Below, in pieces: positions 13,092 through 27,832 of a stretch of DNA of 64,000 bases. Position 1 is the stretch's first letter; every line of letters begins with the position of its first letter. The position numbers were made by a program, and so were the translations under genes. This DNA comes from Azolla caroliniana (taxonomy: Eukaryota; Plantae; Polypodiophyta). The notes under the pieces were generated by a model. The model ran no database searches and was not told the origin of the DNA. It saw only the letters and a program-made list of their open reading frames with translations. The stretch covers positions 16,492,001 through 16,556,000 of the forward strand of contig JBHGNT010000014.1 in assembly GCA_043228905.1 (NCBI GenBank), in the 5' to 3' direction.

Positions 13092-14573
13092 GATTTCATT
13101 ATCGTCTTCAAAAGTCAAATGTCATATGAGACCAAAAATATATCATTGTCATATAGTAAATGTGAAAGGGAGTTGCGATTCTCAATGTTCAAGAACTTTG
13201 CTAATGAATATCGCAATGGAGGGTGCACACTGTGACTGTGAGAGAAGTTTGTCCAAGGATTGGGTTTGGTCGAAGATGCGTGGAAAGCATAAGTCGGATT
13301 TGATCAGAGGCAAAGAGAGAACTGTATCAAAGTGTGATTGATACACATATTTCCGAACCTTGTTTAGGGCAAAGTGTGCATAGTTTGATCTCGGAGATTC
13401 TTTGGGCTTCTATTGAGGCACGATGATCAGTTGTGGTATTTCCACTTTCAGAGTGAAATTTTTCTATTCACGTGACACAGAATAGAATGCGGCAAATGAA
13501 CATGGAGATCACGAGCGATCATTTGCTAGTACGAAACAAAGGCACATGGAACCAAAGGTAGCCATGGATAATAATAGGAGAAGAAGACCATAACACAATA
13601 TCGGAGTGGGTAGAAATAAGGAGAAATATAGGGGGGCATTTGAGAAAATAAGGAAAAGCCAAGGCTAGAAGAATAAATTATGAGAAAATCCAGTTGGAGT
13701 TACATTTGTATGTTGTATTTATTTACATAACTGAACAAATTAAATTCCATAAAGTTCTTGTAAAACAAAATAGAATTAATTACAAATTCCCCCTTTTTTC
13801 TTTTAAAAACTAAAAACTAAAAACCTAAAGTTTTTAACTGAATTCAAGATCGAATCTTTATTTATGTATTTATTTATTTCTAATCCAATTAAAATGTATT
13901 ATCCAAAAACAAAATGGAAACTGAGAAATTATATCTATTTTTTCTGTTTTTGAAACTGAGAAAAGGAAAAGAAATGAAACAAATTTAAATCTCAACAACT
14001 TCATACCTATAAATATATATACATATAGACTATTTTCTCAATACAATAATTTGGTTTATTTATTTATGTCATGAATTACGCAAAATTTTGGTTCTATTGG
14101 TTTGATTTTGCATTATTTTTATGTATTTATTTATTTCATATCTTATAGAATGCTGGTGTTTTTTAAAATAAATAAATAATTAATTAATTCTTTTCTGGCT
14201 TTTCAATGACCAAAATAACTATACATCTTCTTCTCCAAATATTATATATATATGTATGTATGTATGTATTGTGTGTGTGTGTATATATTAATAGATTCTC
14301 TTGAAATGACAAGCAATTTCAATAGGTAATTTTTAGTTATGTAATCTTCAGAGTTAATCTTACTGTTATGTGTAGAGTAATTATCTTAAATCTTTGCATT
14401 AATCTTAGTGTTATTTTGTAGTTGCTGATCATTAGTTAAAGAAATCCATTGCTTCATTTTGGATTGTGAAGGGAGAGAGAGAGAGAGTAATATAGAAAAC
14501 ATCTAAGGCCAAACTAAAAGAAAACAGAGCAACAAAAGGGAAAAAAGAAGAAGAAGAAGAAGAAGCCAGTGCC

Positions 14574-15335
14574 ATGTCTCAACAACATCATTGTGTTAAG
14601 CCTCTGATCATTTCTATTAACTGTGGCTTCCTGCTACTTATCATCTTCTTGTTCCAATCTCAGCATGAAGAAGTCTATGGCTGGCACAAAATCCTGCCAG
14701 CATTAATCCCAGCTTGGTATAGTTACAACAATTCCAGTATCAATCTTCTTCAGCCTAATACTACTGACATTCAACCTAAAATGAATGGATCCATCCATAC
14801 AATCCCCCCTACTGTAATTAGGGTTTGGGAAACAAATACTAATATTTCAAATATGAGCTACTCCATACCTCAGGAGGTAAACATATGGTGTGCACACCAT
14901 TCTTGTTGGTGTCTCTTTTCATTCAACCATCAAAATGCTTTTATTCTTGAATGGTCATCTAATTTTGAGTTTGATATGAAATCTATGGATGGCTTGGATT
15001 GCAGCTGAGGAGTCTGAGAAGGTTGGAGGAGGGTTTAAGGAGTGCAAGGGTAGCTCTGCAAGCCATCAACAAGAAGAAGGAGAAGTCTAACAAGAAGATT
15101 AATGACAGCATTAGTAGCAGGACATTACATGAAGAAGAACAGAAACTGATGAACACAACACACTCACATGGGCATGATCCTCATCATTTCTATCCTCAGG
15201 GTCCCATTTACAAGAATGCTCCCCTGTTTCATGAGTAAGGATCTTCCCATTCACATACATACATACATACATACATACATACATACATACATACATACAT
15301 ACATACATACATACATACATACATACATACATACA

Positions 15336-15366
<31 letters not shown>

Positions 15367-15371
15367 GTACA

Positions 15372-15402
<31 letters not shown>

Positions 15403-15455
15403 GTACATACATACATACATACATACATACATACATACATACATACATACATACA

Positions 15456-15486
<31 letters not shown>

Positions 15487-16868
15487 GTACATACATACAT
15501 ACATACATACATACATACATACATACATACATTCATACATACACATGCATACAAAGTAATGAGCACTCTTTCATGTGCCTCTATCCCCCAAAAAACAATG
15601 TTTTCCAAAGGACTCTCAATCACTAACCAACCTTCTCTTACTTATACCCTCGGCTTATCATATTAAATGTTTTGGCATCGGTTTGTTTGCCTTGCTTTTG
15701 TGATCCTTCCATAGGAGCTACACTCAAATGGAGAAGAGATTCAAGATCTTTGTGTACCGGGAAGGAAAACAACCCCTTGTGCACGATGGGCCATGCAAAG
15801 ACATATATTCAACCGAGGGCCGCTTCATACATGCGCTTAAAGGGAGCAACCCATTTGTTACGACGGATCCATATAAAGCCCACATGTTTTTCTTTCCATT
15901 TAGTGTTTCGAAAATGGTTAGCTATCTCTACAAGCCAGGATCATTGGATATGAGCCCTTTGATACATTTTGTGAAAGACTATGTTGAGGTTATTGGTGGC
16001 AAGTATCCATTTTGGAATAGAAGTGAAGGTGCTGACCATTTCATGCTATCATGCCATGATTGGGTTAGTATACTTTTTTGCCACAACATCGATATTGGTC
16101 ACAACTACATTGTGTATGTTGTCGTAACTTAGTTTGCTTTACATATAATGTCTTGTTATTACTAATCATTGTCATCTTGATTAGGGTCCACATGTCTCGA
16201 GAGCACATCCACACCTTGAGAGGCATGCAATCCGGGTGCTATGCAATGCAAATAGTTCTGAGGGTTTCATACCACATAAAGACGCTAGCCTTCCTGAGAT
16301 CAACATGGTTGGAGGATATATACCAAAACATTTGGGAGGATTTCCAATGAAAGAGAGAACATATTTAGCTTTCTTTGCCGGCCAAGAACATGGTCCAGTT
16401 AGACCTACACTCTTCAAACACTGGGAAGGAAAAGATAGTGACATGAAGGTTTTCCACAGGTTGACACATGCCAATGTAAATGAATCATACGAGGGATTTA
16501 TGAAGAAAACTAGGTTTTGTCTTTGCCCTGGGGGGTTTGAAGTGAATAGCCCAAGGATTATTGAGGCGATTTACTACGATTGCATTCCGGTTATAATTGC
16601 GGATGGCTTTGTTTTGCCATTTAGTGATGTGTTGGATTGGGAGGCTTTCTCAATTCAAGTGAAGGAGAAAGATATACCAAGGCTTAAGGAAATACTATTA
16701 GATGTCCCTATGGTGAAATGTGAAGAATTGCAAGGTAGGATAAGGGAAGTGAAGAGACATTTCTTCTTTAATAAGCCACCCATGAGATATGACCTTTTCC
16801 ACATGATTTTGCATTCGGTGTGGCTTCGTAGGTTGAATATTCGCCTCAATTATGAACTATACAAGTAG
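14574..16868 (+). CDS. Exostosin-family (CAZy GT47) glycosyltransferase, At5g03795/XGD1-like group, 521 aa, 4 exons: 14574-14876, 15005-15234, 15715-16063, 16185-16868
   Basis: N-terminal TM anchor; motifs LEEGLRSAR, SYTQMEKRFKIFVYREG, HDGPCKDIYSTEGRF, WNRSEGADHFMLSCHDW/GP, CNANSSEGF, FCLCPGGFEVNSPRIIEA, ILHSVWLRRLN. Splice phases consistent (1566 nt). Confidence 0.93.
15253..15550. repeat. Long (TACA)n microsatellite in GT47 intron 2
   Basis: About 300 bp of near-perfect ATAC repeats with periodic ATATGT interruptions; source of several spurious ORFs. Confidence 0.95.
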
Positions 16869-17614
16869 TTTATTGCATGTGCAAAAGGAGGACCAAATTT
16901 AATCTTCTTAGCTTAAATATGAACTACATTTTTGTACATAAAAATATATCATTATATGATGATGTCACATGCATAATGGTACAAATTGGTGCTAAATGTT
17001 GTTCAAGTCACGCTTGATGATATTGAGAAGTTTTGTAATGGTAAATATTGTTAGCCAAATTAAACATTACTTATAAAGAGAATGAGAGTGCCATATGATA
17101 ACATAAAAAAGATATTAATATCCTTCTTTCCAATATCAAGTTAGATCTCATAACCAATCAAATGAAGATACTATAACTTGGTTGATCTTTCACACATGCA
17201 AATATTAGTGTTAATGAGTTGTCTTCTTTTGTGAAATAAAAATTCAGATTGTTGATATTTTTTTATCTCTTCTATCTCAATATATGATATCTTGAATATT
17301 GGAACTAGGGCAACAACTTCCTTCTTGTTTCTTTGTCATGCAAAACCATGTGTTTCTCTTTTGGTCAAAATCTACCTATAAAGTTTCTTGGGTGTTCGTT
17401 ATATAGATAGTAGACCCGTCTACCATCAACTATATTAAATGTGCATATCCTTCTTCTTTTAGAACCTTAAAGAGATTTCTAGTCAATTGTTCACTAACTT
17501 GATGAGCTAATGGAACTATATCTACTTGTTGAGAAGCTCATGAGCTTAAGTCCTAGTTCTCTACTTCCGTTGTGGTACAAAGTTATGCGAACAACATTTT
17601 GTATGTGATCAGGT

Positions 17615-18185
17615 AAGTGATGGAGATTGCTTCGATTAACATTTTTTGCTTAAAGTGGGACTTTTGGTGGCGTAAGGCCACAATTAGAAGTAGTCTCGAA
17701 GAGGAGGCAAACACGAGGAAATGCCATGGTGAAAGTTCAAGATAACTAAAATGTTATATTCCTACACCCTTGTCTTATCCACTCCAAAACCAAGTGATGG
17801 AGATTGCTTCAATTAACATCTTTTGCTTAAAGTGGGACTTTTGGTGGGGTAAGGCCACAATTAGAAGTAGTATCAAAGAGGAGGCAAACATGAGGAAATG
17901 CCATGGTGACAGTTCAAGATAATTAAAATGTTATATTCCGACAACATTGTCTTATCCACTCCAAAACCAATTGAACCATCCACTCCAAAACCAAGTGATG
18001 GAGATTGCTTCAAAATTAACATCTTTTGCTTAAAGTGGGACTTTTGGTGGGGTAAGGCCACAATTAGAAGTAGTCTCAAAGAGGAGGCAAACATGAAGAA
18101 ATGCCATGGTGAAAGTTCAAGATAACTAAAATATTATATTCCTACACCATTGTTTTATCCACTCCAAAACCAATTGAACCATCAC
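17615..18185. repeat. ~180-200-bp tandem repeat, 3 copies
   Basis: GTGATGGAGATTGCTTC...TTGCTTAAAGTGGGACTTTTGGTGG.GTAAGGCCACAATTAGAAGTAG...ATCCACTCCAAAACCA at ~17617, ~17794 and ~17994. Confidence 0.9.
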
Positions 18186-20590
18186 CTCACCTACTCGAAA
18201 AGGAAAGCTCTCAACAACACGGAGAAGACCTCTTGCTAAATACAAACCAGTCCCATTAGACACTAAGTTGAATCCTAAGGACCCATCATAGCAATTTTAT
18301 GCCACACTATGCATATGCACTCAATAGTTGCCATACTGATACTAAGTCAGCAACAAACTAGTATTTTGTCTTCTATCATTAGTCACATGCTAGCCAAATA
18401 TCTAGGTCACGCTAAATACTAACCAATCCCATCTCACATTAGGAGTTGTACCCCAAGGACCCATTATAACAACTTTATGCCAAGCTATGCACTCATTAGT
18501 GGCTTAGTGATACAAGGTCAACAACAAACTAGTGCCTTGCTACCATGGCAAATCTTGTATCATCAGTAAGATGGCACCCAAATATCTATAGGTTAAGGGA
18601 TGCCCATGACTACATTCAATGTTTCAAGAAAGTCCTTTTTTCTTATGAGCCCATTCCTAACACTTACCCTTCACAACCATGTTGGAAAATAGTTATGTAC
18701 CATCCCTAAAGTGGTATTAGCAAACTTTAACAAAGAAAGAGGATTTTCTAAAATAATATCTCAGGACCCTGTTAACTAGTTTTTCTCCTTATGCCAAGAG
18801 CAACCCAAAAGGTTTGCATGTGATCTAGAAAGAACCATCATCTTGACCATGGGAGTGTTAAGTTCACTTTGTTAAATATAATCCAACCAAGCAAAACATA
18901 TTGATGGGCAGCAACCCTGCCAAAGTGGTTGGCTCCGAGGAAATGCCAATCTTTGTAACCATATCTTTCCATTTATCGTGTAGTTCAAAGAAATGAAGAA
19001 ACACATCATCAAAGAAGATGTCAATTCTGAAATATAAAGCATGGCTTCTCGTTTTGTTAATTAGCTGTTAAGGAGCATGATATGGTGGTTTACAAAAGTA
19101 TCACAGAATTCACAACATGATTCTCCACTTCTTGACTTCAATAAAGAACATAACATTGTCAACAAGAAAAATGGGCATATTTATGATCTTCAAGAGCATA
19201 CAATAATGAAAATGAGGTTCCGAATGGCTACATCCTAAACATACCTTGTAATCCCATCGTTTCATTACATGCATACCTCATATGCTCCTTTCACAACAAG
19301 ACATTTAATGATCATAGAAACCATAGCCTATATGCAGTTTTGAGGTTGTGAGTGGCTCCTTCCACAACATAACTATGAACCCTATCTTTTAGCTATCAAG
19401 ACAATTCATTATACCATTGAGATCTTCTTTCTTATGAAAAACCTTGTCTGAGATGTACTGCATTTCAACATCTATCACTCCTTCACCAATCAACCTCACT
19501 TTCTCTCATAAATCAACCACCTCCATTGCGCTTGCTCAACCTCTATAGTTTTTTTATGGTTAGAAATAAAACTGCATCAAAAATCCAATTAGGACAAATA
19601 ACCTAACAGAAAGCAACTATGTCATTTGTTGCTAACAAATGTCCAATCAACAAAAACCAAATGTTTCACTCCCAACTAAGGGCTAAATAGCTGAAGTGGA
19701 TGTACACTAACATATATTTTTCTCTTCACTTACCAATGTGGATCAGTAAACTTATAAGATGTGCATACAACAAAAGATCACATTTATAACTAACAAACAT
19801 AAATCCTAGTCGGGCTTTAAATTCACATTGCAAATGAACCAAATATCCAATAAGATCAATTTATGGCTTCAGAGCGCAAGCCAACTCTTAATAGGATGAT
19901 GTTCCTATCTCCAGAAAGATTGGTCATAAGATTATGGTGTAGAATGACATGACAACATAAAGATGTTATATCCAGCATTCACTCATCCATTTCGTGACAT
20001 TAAGGGCATATATATGAGTGAAATGATCCAACTCTACTAGATTCACAACTTTCAGAACCTATACAAGCATGTTACTTCGACATGCTTAGATTCAACATAA
20101 GAGAAAATTATGATACCACATCCTTGCATTGTAATACATACACCAGTGAGAAAGCCGATACACAACAGTGGAGTTTAAATGAATGCACCATAGTCCACCC
20201 ATGATCTATGTGCACATTGCATACAAAGTGAAAATGAGGTGACTCGAGCTTAAAGCGATCTACAGATCAAAGCTCAAAGTCAAACCCAAGCTCAAAGCTA
20301 TACATACTTTTAGTGCTCCAAAAACTCCACTCCTTTTGGCGGGCAATGATTTTCTTCTGCAACCTTAGATTGCGAACTGTCCTTGGTGATTGCGTAAGAA
20401 TTTTTCTCAAGCTCAGCAAAAGCCTCTGTATTATTCCCCCCTGATGACACGAATTCATTTTTTCAGACTTGCTTTTCAAAAAACAAAAACACACCATTGT
20501 AAATGATATTGAGATTCCTTTTTATATTTTTTCGAAAGGCATATAAAATGAAGAATCTGGAAGGTTTTGAGTTTTTGAATACCATTGAAA

Positions 20591-23500
20591 CTAGGCAAGG
20601 TATCGATAAAGCTTCCTGTCACTCTTATCTCTCTCCAGAAACTCGCGCTCAATCAGTGACTCAATTCGCTTCTTTATAACAGCAGGGTTTGGGAGAAAAC
20701 GAGCTTGTAGTTGTTTTGTAACCTCACTAACAATGTTGTTGTGATCAAGAACTCTTCTAGACTTCATGATCCTTACAATGGCGGCCTCAATCTGAGGTTT
20801 TCTATCTTCTTCAACCTTTTGCCTCGTCTCTTGTTTCTCAGGTTCACTTTCCTTCTGTGCCACAACGGTTCCTATCTTCACCTTGAAGAATTTACTACTA
20901 AACTTGTCATTGAAAATGAACATGTCATCTTCACTTATGTCTTTGCTCATTGGCTCCTTTCGAAGCACATTTTTTCCTTTAACGCATGCTAAAGACTGAA
21001 GACATCTTTTCAAATCTTGAGATGGTATATTTGTTTGTTGTTCAATCTCCTTGTAAGTCATGCTATCTTCATTATTAAATAGCATGAGGGTACACATTTG
21101 GTACGTTGAAACATGCAGTTCATGCTTTTGCCCTTTACCAAAGACTGCTTTTAGATCAGCTGTGCCCATGTTAGTTTGCCAAGTAAGTCTTCTACCAGTG
21201 TGTGTGGAAAGATAGTAAGTCTTGAATTTATCACATATTGTCAATATTTCTGCAGGCAAGTTGCAACTAGCTCCTCCTTGGGTAGGCCAAGAACCAGTGG
21301 TGAGAACTTGCACTGATAAAGCAGGATTTTCACCACTCTCAGTGGCTGATATAAAAGCATTAAAACCTTGCATAGTATCTTTTGAAGTTTTCATATCTGT
21401 GAACATGCCTTCCAATTTGGAAGTAAATTGGTATCCACATTCCGTCTTTAACTTCACTATCAAGCTTCTTTCAGCATCATCTGAGACACTTTTGCCTGGT
21501 AAGAGGCGTTTCGCAAGATGTTGTTTGTAGTATTTCTCAAAAACATCCTTTTCTTGCAAGTACCTAAATAGCATCATAACTTTGTCCAATATGCTCTCAA
21601 TATCTTCCTCACTAACACCTTTCAATCCTTTCCTCAACTTATCATCAACAAACAGGGATATAAATTCTGGTGATCTAGGATTGAGATTGATGAAGTACTC
21701 AAATGAAGAGTTCAGAGCATTCTGAAAAGTTTTGTCATTGTTGAATGAAGTTGTGATAATTTTATCATACTTATCTTTCTCATCCAAAAGACGCTGGACA
21801 AACTCAACTGGATCTTTGAGCCTCTCTGGATCCGTCACAAGTTGTCTACCAGTCTCTCGAAGATGGTCATTCATTACATCTCTTACAAGACCTAATCCAT
21901 TAGAAACACGCTTGAAAAGACTATACATCCGTCCAAGATCTTCATATCTATCATCACTCAGCATGAACACAAGTCCTGAATTTTCCATATCCACTAGTCG
22001 GTCCACGTGATTTGCAATCATTTCCTTCTCCACAACAGTGGTAATTTTCACCTCTGACTTAGCATCAAGGTAATGTGACACTCTTTCTATTTCCTCATAC
22101 AGCCTTCTTTCAGCCTTCTTCAAGTAATCGCCACAATCGCATGACTCTATGTACTCTTGGGATTCCAACTTGTAGAAAGCTGATGCAGCATCAAGGAATG
22201 GTTTCTCAAAATCTTCTTGGTAGACATAAGAACCGAGATCCATTAGCATCTTTAGAACATTGCGCATAAGTCCCCTATTGATAACATCACCTGTTCTCTC
22301 TCGATGAACGAGATCTAAAAGAGTATCGAGAAGCCGTGGTTTGATCTTAGCAGACCTTATCACATTATCTCTCCACAAATTCAACCCAAGCTCATGTACT
22401 GGGGTCTTCTGACAAGTTGTTACATAGGTCCGGTCCATATACATCAAGATGTCTCTTATCATCTGAAGAGCCTTGTTATGTTCCAGCCAATTCCGATTCA
22501 ATTCCTCAAGAAAAAGCCCACCCTGAGCAGACTCGATGGATCTCGCCATTTCTTTAAGGTGTTGGCTCATAGTATTCACCAAACCGGCATAGAGCTTCTC
22601 TCCAAACTTATGAAGCACCATGTTATATGCATTCCTGAAGAACAATAGCATAATAATAAAACCAGGTTACATGCATTCATCAACGGTTTATAACATAATG
22701 AGGAAATATGTCATACGTCTTCCTAAACAGTACTACAGTGAAGAACCATGTAAACTGCATTCATGGCCAAGAACTTATTAAGAATTTATGGTATATCCAT
22801 TCTTGAATAACAGCAACATAAACAGGAGCCGTGATGTAACCATTCCTAAAGAACAATAATATATGTTCCTCAATAAAAATAGCATAATGTCGGACAATTG
22901 TATTTTATTACTGAACAACAACCTCATCAAGAACCATGTTGCAATCCTCAACAACAATCACATAATAAAACACTCATATTATATAGGCATTGCTAAACAG
23001 CAATGACATAATATTATATGCAAATTTACACAGAACTATGTCACATGCAGTCCAGGACAATAATAGCAATTGAGAAGGAACCATATTTTATACAATAATA
23101 TAGTAAAACACATGTAATGTCTAATAATATAGTGAGAAACCATGGTATAAGCATTCAACTATGCTGATATAAATTCCCAGCTTCAGCATATGCTCTGGAA
23201 TGATTGACCTTGCTTTACATGGCAAATGGCCACATCTCTATGAGTGGACAAGTAACAAGATAATATTACATTAAAAACCATCCTATACACATCTTGAAAA
23301 GCCATGTTCTATCAATATGCAATCTTGAGCAAAAACAATGTGGTGAAGACAGTGGTATATGCAATAGCATAGTGATGAACTATGTTAGATGCAATTCTGA
23401 ACAACAATTGCATAGTGAACCCGCAATCTTGAGCAAAAATAATGTGGTGAAGAACATTGGTATATGCAATAGCATAGTGAAGAACTATGTTAGATGCAAT

Positions 23501-24282
23501 TCTGAACAATTGCATAGTGAACAATATTATATGCATTAAGATAGTGAAGAACAATGTTTAACATAGTATGTGTCACGTTACAGGTATTCCTCAATGATAA
23601 TAGCAGCATTCCCTCACTTTTGCATTTGATCCAATCATAACATGATTGACAATGAAACTCATGGGATGGTTGGCCATTGATGATTTAATCACAATACATA
23701 AATGCACCATGTGAATGAACCATGCCAAATGCATCCCTGAACCATAATGAGGAACCCTGTTATAAGCAATCCTAAACAATAGTAACATAGTAAAGAACCC
23801 TAGTACATGCAATAACTCAGAGAAGAATAAAATTATATGCATTTCTGAGCAATAATAATCTAAATTTCCTTCTTTGGTATATGATCCAAGACCCAGAAAG
23901 ATCACAAGACTGCCGATTACAATAATACAACACCCATTACATGGATAATGATATAATATTCACCATCAAATGGATGATGATGATATACTGAAAAGCACAT
24001 GGATGGTGATGGTAGTGATAACTATATCTCTATGGGTAGCCATTGTATTTTTGAAATGCCAAAAAAGAAAAGCAATTTTGTTTTGGACAAAAAGGATGCA
24101 CAGGAAAATGGAAGAACTTGCCTGTACAGCTCTTCAAAACTGAGCCCACTCGCATTATGGTTGTAGATTTCATGGATAGCATCCTCAAGTATCCTCCATG
24201 TCCTCTCTGCGTACTTCGGATCAATCTCCACCTTATGCTTAAATGGCTCGATCTTGAAGCTTTTCTTCTTTGGAAGACTCAT
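20591..24282 (-). CDS. CUL3: Cullin-3, 734 aa, 2 coding exons: 24282-24122 and 22634-20591 (GC-AG intron)
   Basis: FKIEPFKH...NASGLSFEELYR/NAYNMVLHKFGEKLY, DILMYMDR, SLFVDDKLRKG, LTTGSWP, TGRRLTWQTNMGTADL, neddylation motif IVRIMKSRR, terminal DRKLYRYLA; 161+2044 nt in frame. Confidence 0.97.
23320..23523. repeat. ~103-bp direct duplication in the CUL3 intron
   Basis: GCAATCTTGAGCAAAAA.AATGTGGTGAAGA...GTTAGATGCAATTCTGAACAA..TTGCATAGTGAAC at ~23320 and ~23423. Confidence 0.85.
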
Positions 24283-24317
24283 CCTTCTCGATCTTTCTTC
24301 TTCTTAGACACAAAACC

Positions 24318-24587
24318 CTGAAATATGGAGGGAAATATAGCAACTAAATCTCGTCAAAGAAAAAAACCAGGGGTATTTGTTTGTGAGAAACAACACAAGG
24401 AGCGTAGTCGAAGAAAAAGCAGAAGGAAATCGTAAGGGAAAAAAGAGCAGAGACAATCGTAAGAAAAGAGAAATGGTGCCAAAAAAAAACAGAGAAAGAA
24501 CGTAGTAAATCGTAGAGGAGGAAAGGGCGGGGCGGAAATCGTCGGGAAGCAGGGAGGAATTTAGTGTGAAGGAGAAGATTGTATTAG

Positions 24588-24632
<45 letters not shown>

Positions 24633-24637
24633 GGTAC
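24318..24637 (-). other. Probable 5'-UTR intron of CUL3
   Basis: Minus-strand donor CTCAAG|GTACCT at 24637, a CT-rich body, and acceptor ATTTCAG|G at 24318, 35 nt before the ATG. Confidence 0.6.
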
Positions 24638-24829
24638 CTTGAGATCTCTCTGTCTGCACAGAGAGAGACAGAAAGGCAGAGAGAAACTGGAATATGCTGT
24701 GTCACGGGGGCGACAGCGATGGCGAAACACAGAGAGAAGAAAAAGGCTATTACAAATTTCTGCTTCTCTTCTCTTCTTCTTCTTCTTCTTCTTCTTCTTC
24801 TTCTTCTCTAAATGAGATGCTCTGCATCT

Positions 24830-24875
<46 letters not shown>

Positions 24876-26183
24876 CTGGCTCTGTCTCTGGCTATGTCTC
24901 TATTGAGTCTATGGGGGTCTGAAAGAAAGCCCAGGCAAGAGTGGTGGTCACTACCATTGGTCATTGGTCTGTCTCTATGAGCAAGCCTTATTTGTGTGTG
25001 TGTGTGTGTGTGTGTGTTGTCTGTAGGCCATTGGCTAGGCCATTCGGGAACTCGCCTTTGGCAGGCCCCCCTCCCCTGCCTTCCATCCCCTTCTCACCCG
25101 TTGCCGCAAGCAACCCCTTCTTGGGCAATAACGACTGAAACAATAGGTAATAATAATATATAGTCAGGGCACCAGTTTGCCCCCCGAAAGATGCGTCAGC
25201 CCCTTTGCTTGAGTGCAAGACGGCGGGCAACACCGTGCACTTGCTTGGAGCACAAACAACCCCAAAAGGACTTTTCTATACACGTTGGTAAGCAGCAATA
25301 AACTCTCTGCCTGCTGAGTTTTAGTAGTAATGGCGAGTGTTGTAAGGAAATTCTAGCATTTTGTGGGGAAAAAAGTATCAGAGGACATTGATCTCATTGA
25401 GAAGTGATTCCAACACTTAAGGGGTGCACCATGACCAGGATGGAGGTTGATGAAATGAAAATGCATTTAGTTATCCACTTTGTTGGCAAAGAATGGGTGT
25501 CCCATTAAAGAGCTCATAAAATTCAAGCACTATGAGGAACTTATCAATGTTTTCCTTCCAATGGAAAGTCAAGTTGTTAGAGCTTAATCTTAATGTAAGC
25601 ATGAAATAAGTAAATGTAATATAGACAGAGAAGAAAAGAGAGAGAAAGAAGGGTGTCAATCCACCCGACCACCCCTAAGTGAAGGGATCGAGACAGAGTC
25701 GAGCCTCGATTGGCGTCTCATACCACCAACTTGGCATCAAGTCATACCGAGTACTTGCGCACTCACTACAAGTGTTTAATCACCACAAGATCAGAGTCTC
25801 AAGGTAGTCGAATGATGTGTCTAATGAGGGTAACTAGGCCTCATATTTATCGCCGGACCTAAGGGCCCCAAGCAAACTCACACTTGGCCCGTAGGGTTGT
25901 CTCAATTCCTAGGATTAAAAGCAATCCCCCATTCTTTACACTCTCGATTAACCTTCACACTTTATCCTCGTGTGTAGATTCATACTACAGTATAACTTAC
26001 CATGGGATAATTTATGGTCATGCCCGTAACATACTCCCCCCCCTCTTTAAAACATTGCACTCTTGCAATGAAAATTTAGGGAAGTTAGTTTTAATGGTGT
26101 TTTCTCGTTCCCATGTAGCATCCTTTATAGATTTATCCATCCATTTCATTTTTAATTCTCATATTGTTTTAGACTGCCAATAT

Positions 26184-26693
26184 TGTCGCAGACATGACTG
26201 TAGTCATGTCAAGATTCAAACTCTTCACCTCTTATATATAGTCAAGTGTTATGTTCTAACCAATACATCCAAATACATGGTCATGTTATGTATATCTTAG
26301 TATATTATTCCTAGATTATCTATTTCAAGTTCTAGGAGTTTTTAGAAAGTTCTAGAACTAGAAGGTTCTAGAATATTTACCCAAATATTCTAATGCATGT
26401 ACTTCAACTCGCAATATAAATACTTGTAACCTCCTTAGTCCCTTTCAAGGGATTCAACACCAATCATTGACATATTAATCTAGTTTTTCCTCGTTTCATG
26501 CCATATTGTCTCCTTGATCTTCATATTTGTCTTCATGCTTTCCAGTTAATCCTAGCTTCCTAAGTTCATAGTCTCATCACTCACAACTTCTATAGTTTCT
26601 AGCCTCATACTTCGAGTTCCACGTTTGTAACTTATCGTTCGTAGCTTCGTCATCCGTGCTCTATCGTAGTCCAGGGTTGGTGTGTCCGTAACA
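26184..26693. mobile_element. Solo LTR inserted in Gypsy-A
   Basis: TGTCGCAGAC...GTCCGTAACA termini; degenerate TSD AATAT/AATGT; interrupts the integrase-chromodomain linker. Confidence 0.6.
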
Positions 26694-27179
26694 AATGTTT
26701 TGTCTTAATATTGAGAAATTTCTATGGTACATGTGGTTTAGAAGTTAAATCTTAAGAAGTAACTTGAGCTTCAATTGTAACTGTATTGTCGCCAAAACCA
26801 AGAAGTTCTTTTAAACAACTTACATGAAAAACTGGATGGATTTCGACACCATCAAGAAGAGTTAGATGATAGCTGATGAATCAATGCATTTGAGGATTGT
26901 AAATGGTCTACACAACTCTAGGGCTAACTTAGAACACTTACCCATAGACAATGACTTAGAATTGTGAGGTACACGTAGAAATACCTTTTGTCTAGGGTTG
27001 AATACACGAGGTTGCTTATTATGGTCGACATAAAAACACGCTCTATCTTGAGCTATTTTCTCATGCAATATGCAACATATCTTGAATATCCCTTAGAAAG
27101 TTTTGCGTACTTCGCAACTCATCATGATGTATATTAACATCAATCAAGGCTCGTGGCTGAAAGCCATACATCAACATAA

Positions 27180-27832
27180 TGATGAGTTCGGACCTTAGAT
27201 CTATGAGAAAGATAGACTGAAATAGTACACAACGTGGAAATAGAAAACAGAAAAACAAAACAGAGAATGCACAGTCCACAATATTTATGTGGAAACCCTA
27301 AAACGGGAAAAAAACCACGAGACAACAGAATTTTACTATGAATAGAGATACAAAGGGAAGATTTACAAGTCTCTGTAAAACAGATTATACCCACTTAGAG
27401 TTTAGGCAAGTTCCACTAAACTCTGCCTCTCTCACACCCACACTCTCGCATCTCTTCCTACTCTTTATTACTCTCTCTTTTGCACTCAACTACAAAAGCT
27501 CTAACTTGCATCATCACCATAATGGTTGCCCTAGGTGTATTTATACTCATACAGAGTATGGGCTATTTACAAATGTAGCTTATTATTATTATATATAATG
27601 TATATAGTAATTAATCTGCGCAACTTGTCGGCCTTGCCTTCACTTGGAGCACCATCAATGTAGTCGACTATCATAGTTGGCTCTCTATCTCCTCCAAGAA
27701 CCAGTCGAAGACCCTGTCGACTCGCTGGTCGATCCGACCGACCATCCTGTATTCGGCCCGTCGATTCGATTGCCAACTTCTTCCTAGACTTCGACTGTCG
27801 ACTTCTCCCATTGGAGGGACAAATTCCTAACA
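27180..27832. mobile_element. Solo LTR (Copia-like) inserted in Gypsy-A integrase
   Basis: TG...CA ends; perfect 5-bp TSD CATAA (27175-27179 / 27833-27837); splits the TGYNPF-MLMYG motif. Confidence 0.85.

Noticed and set aside
15111-15626. ORFs of YIHT/MYVC repeats (also at 280-649 and 7214-7629)
   Set aside because: Translations of (TACA)n and (TG)n microsatellites; the main one lies inside a GT47 intron.
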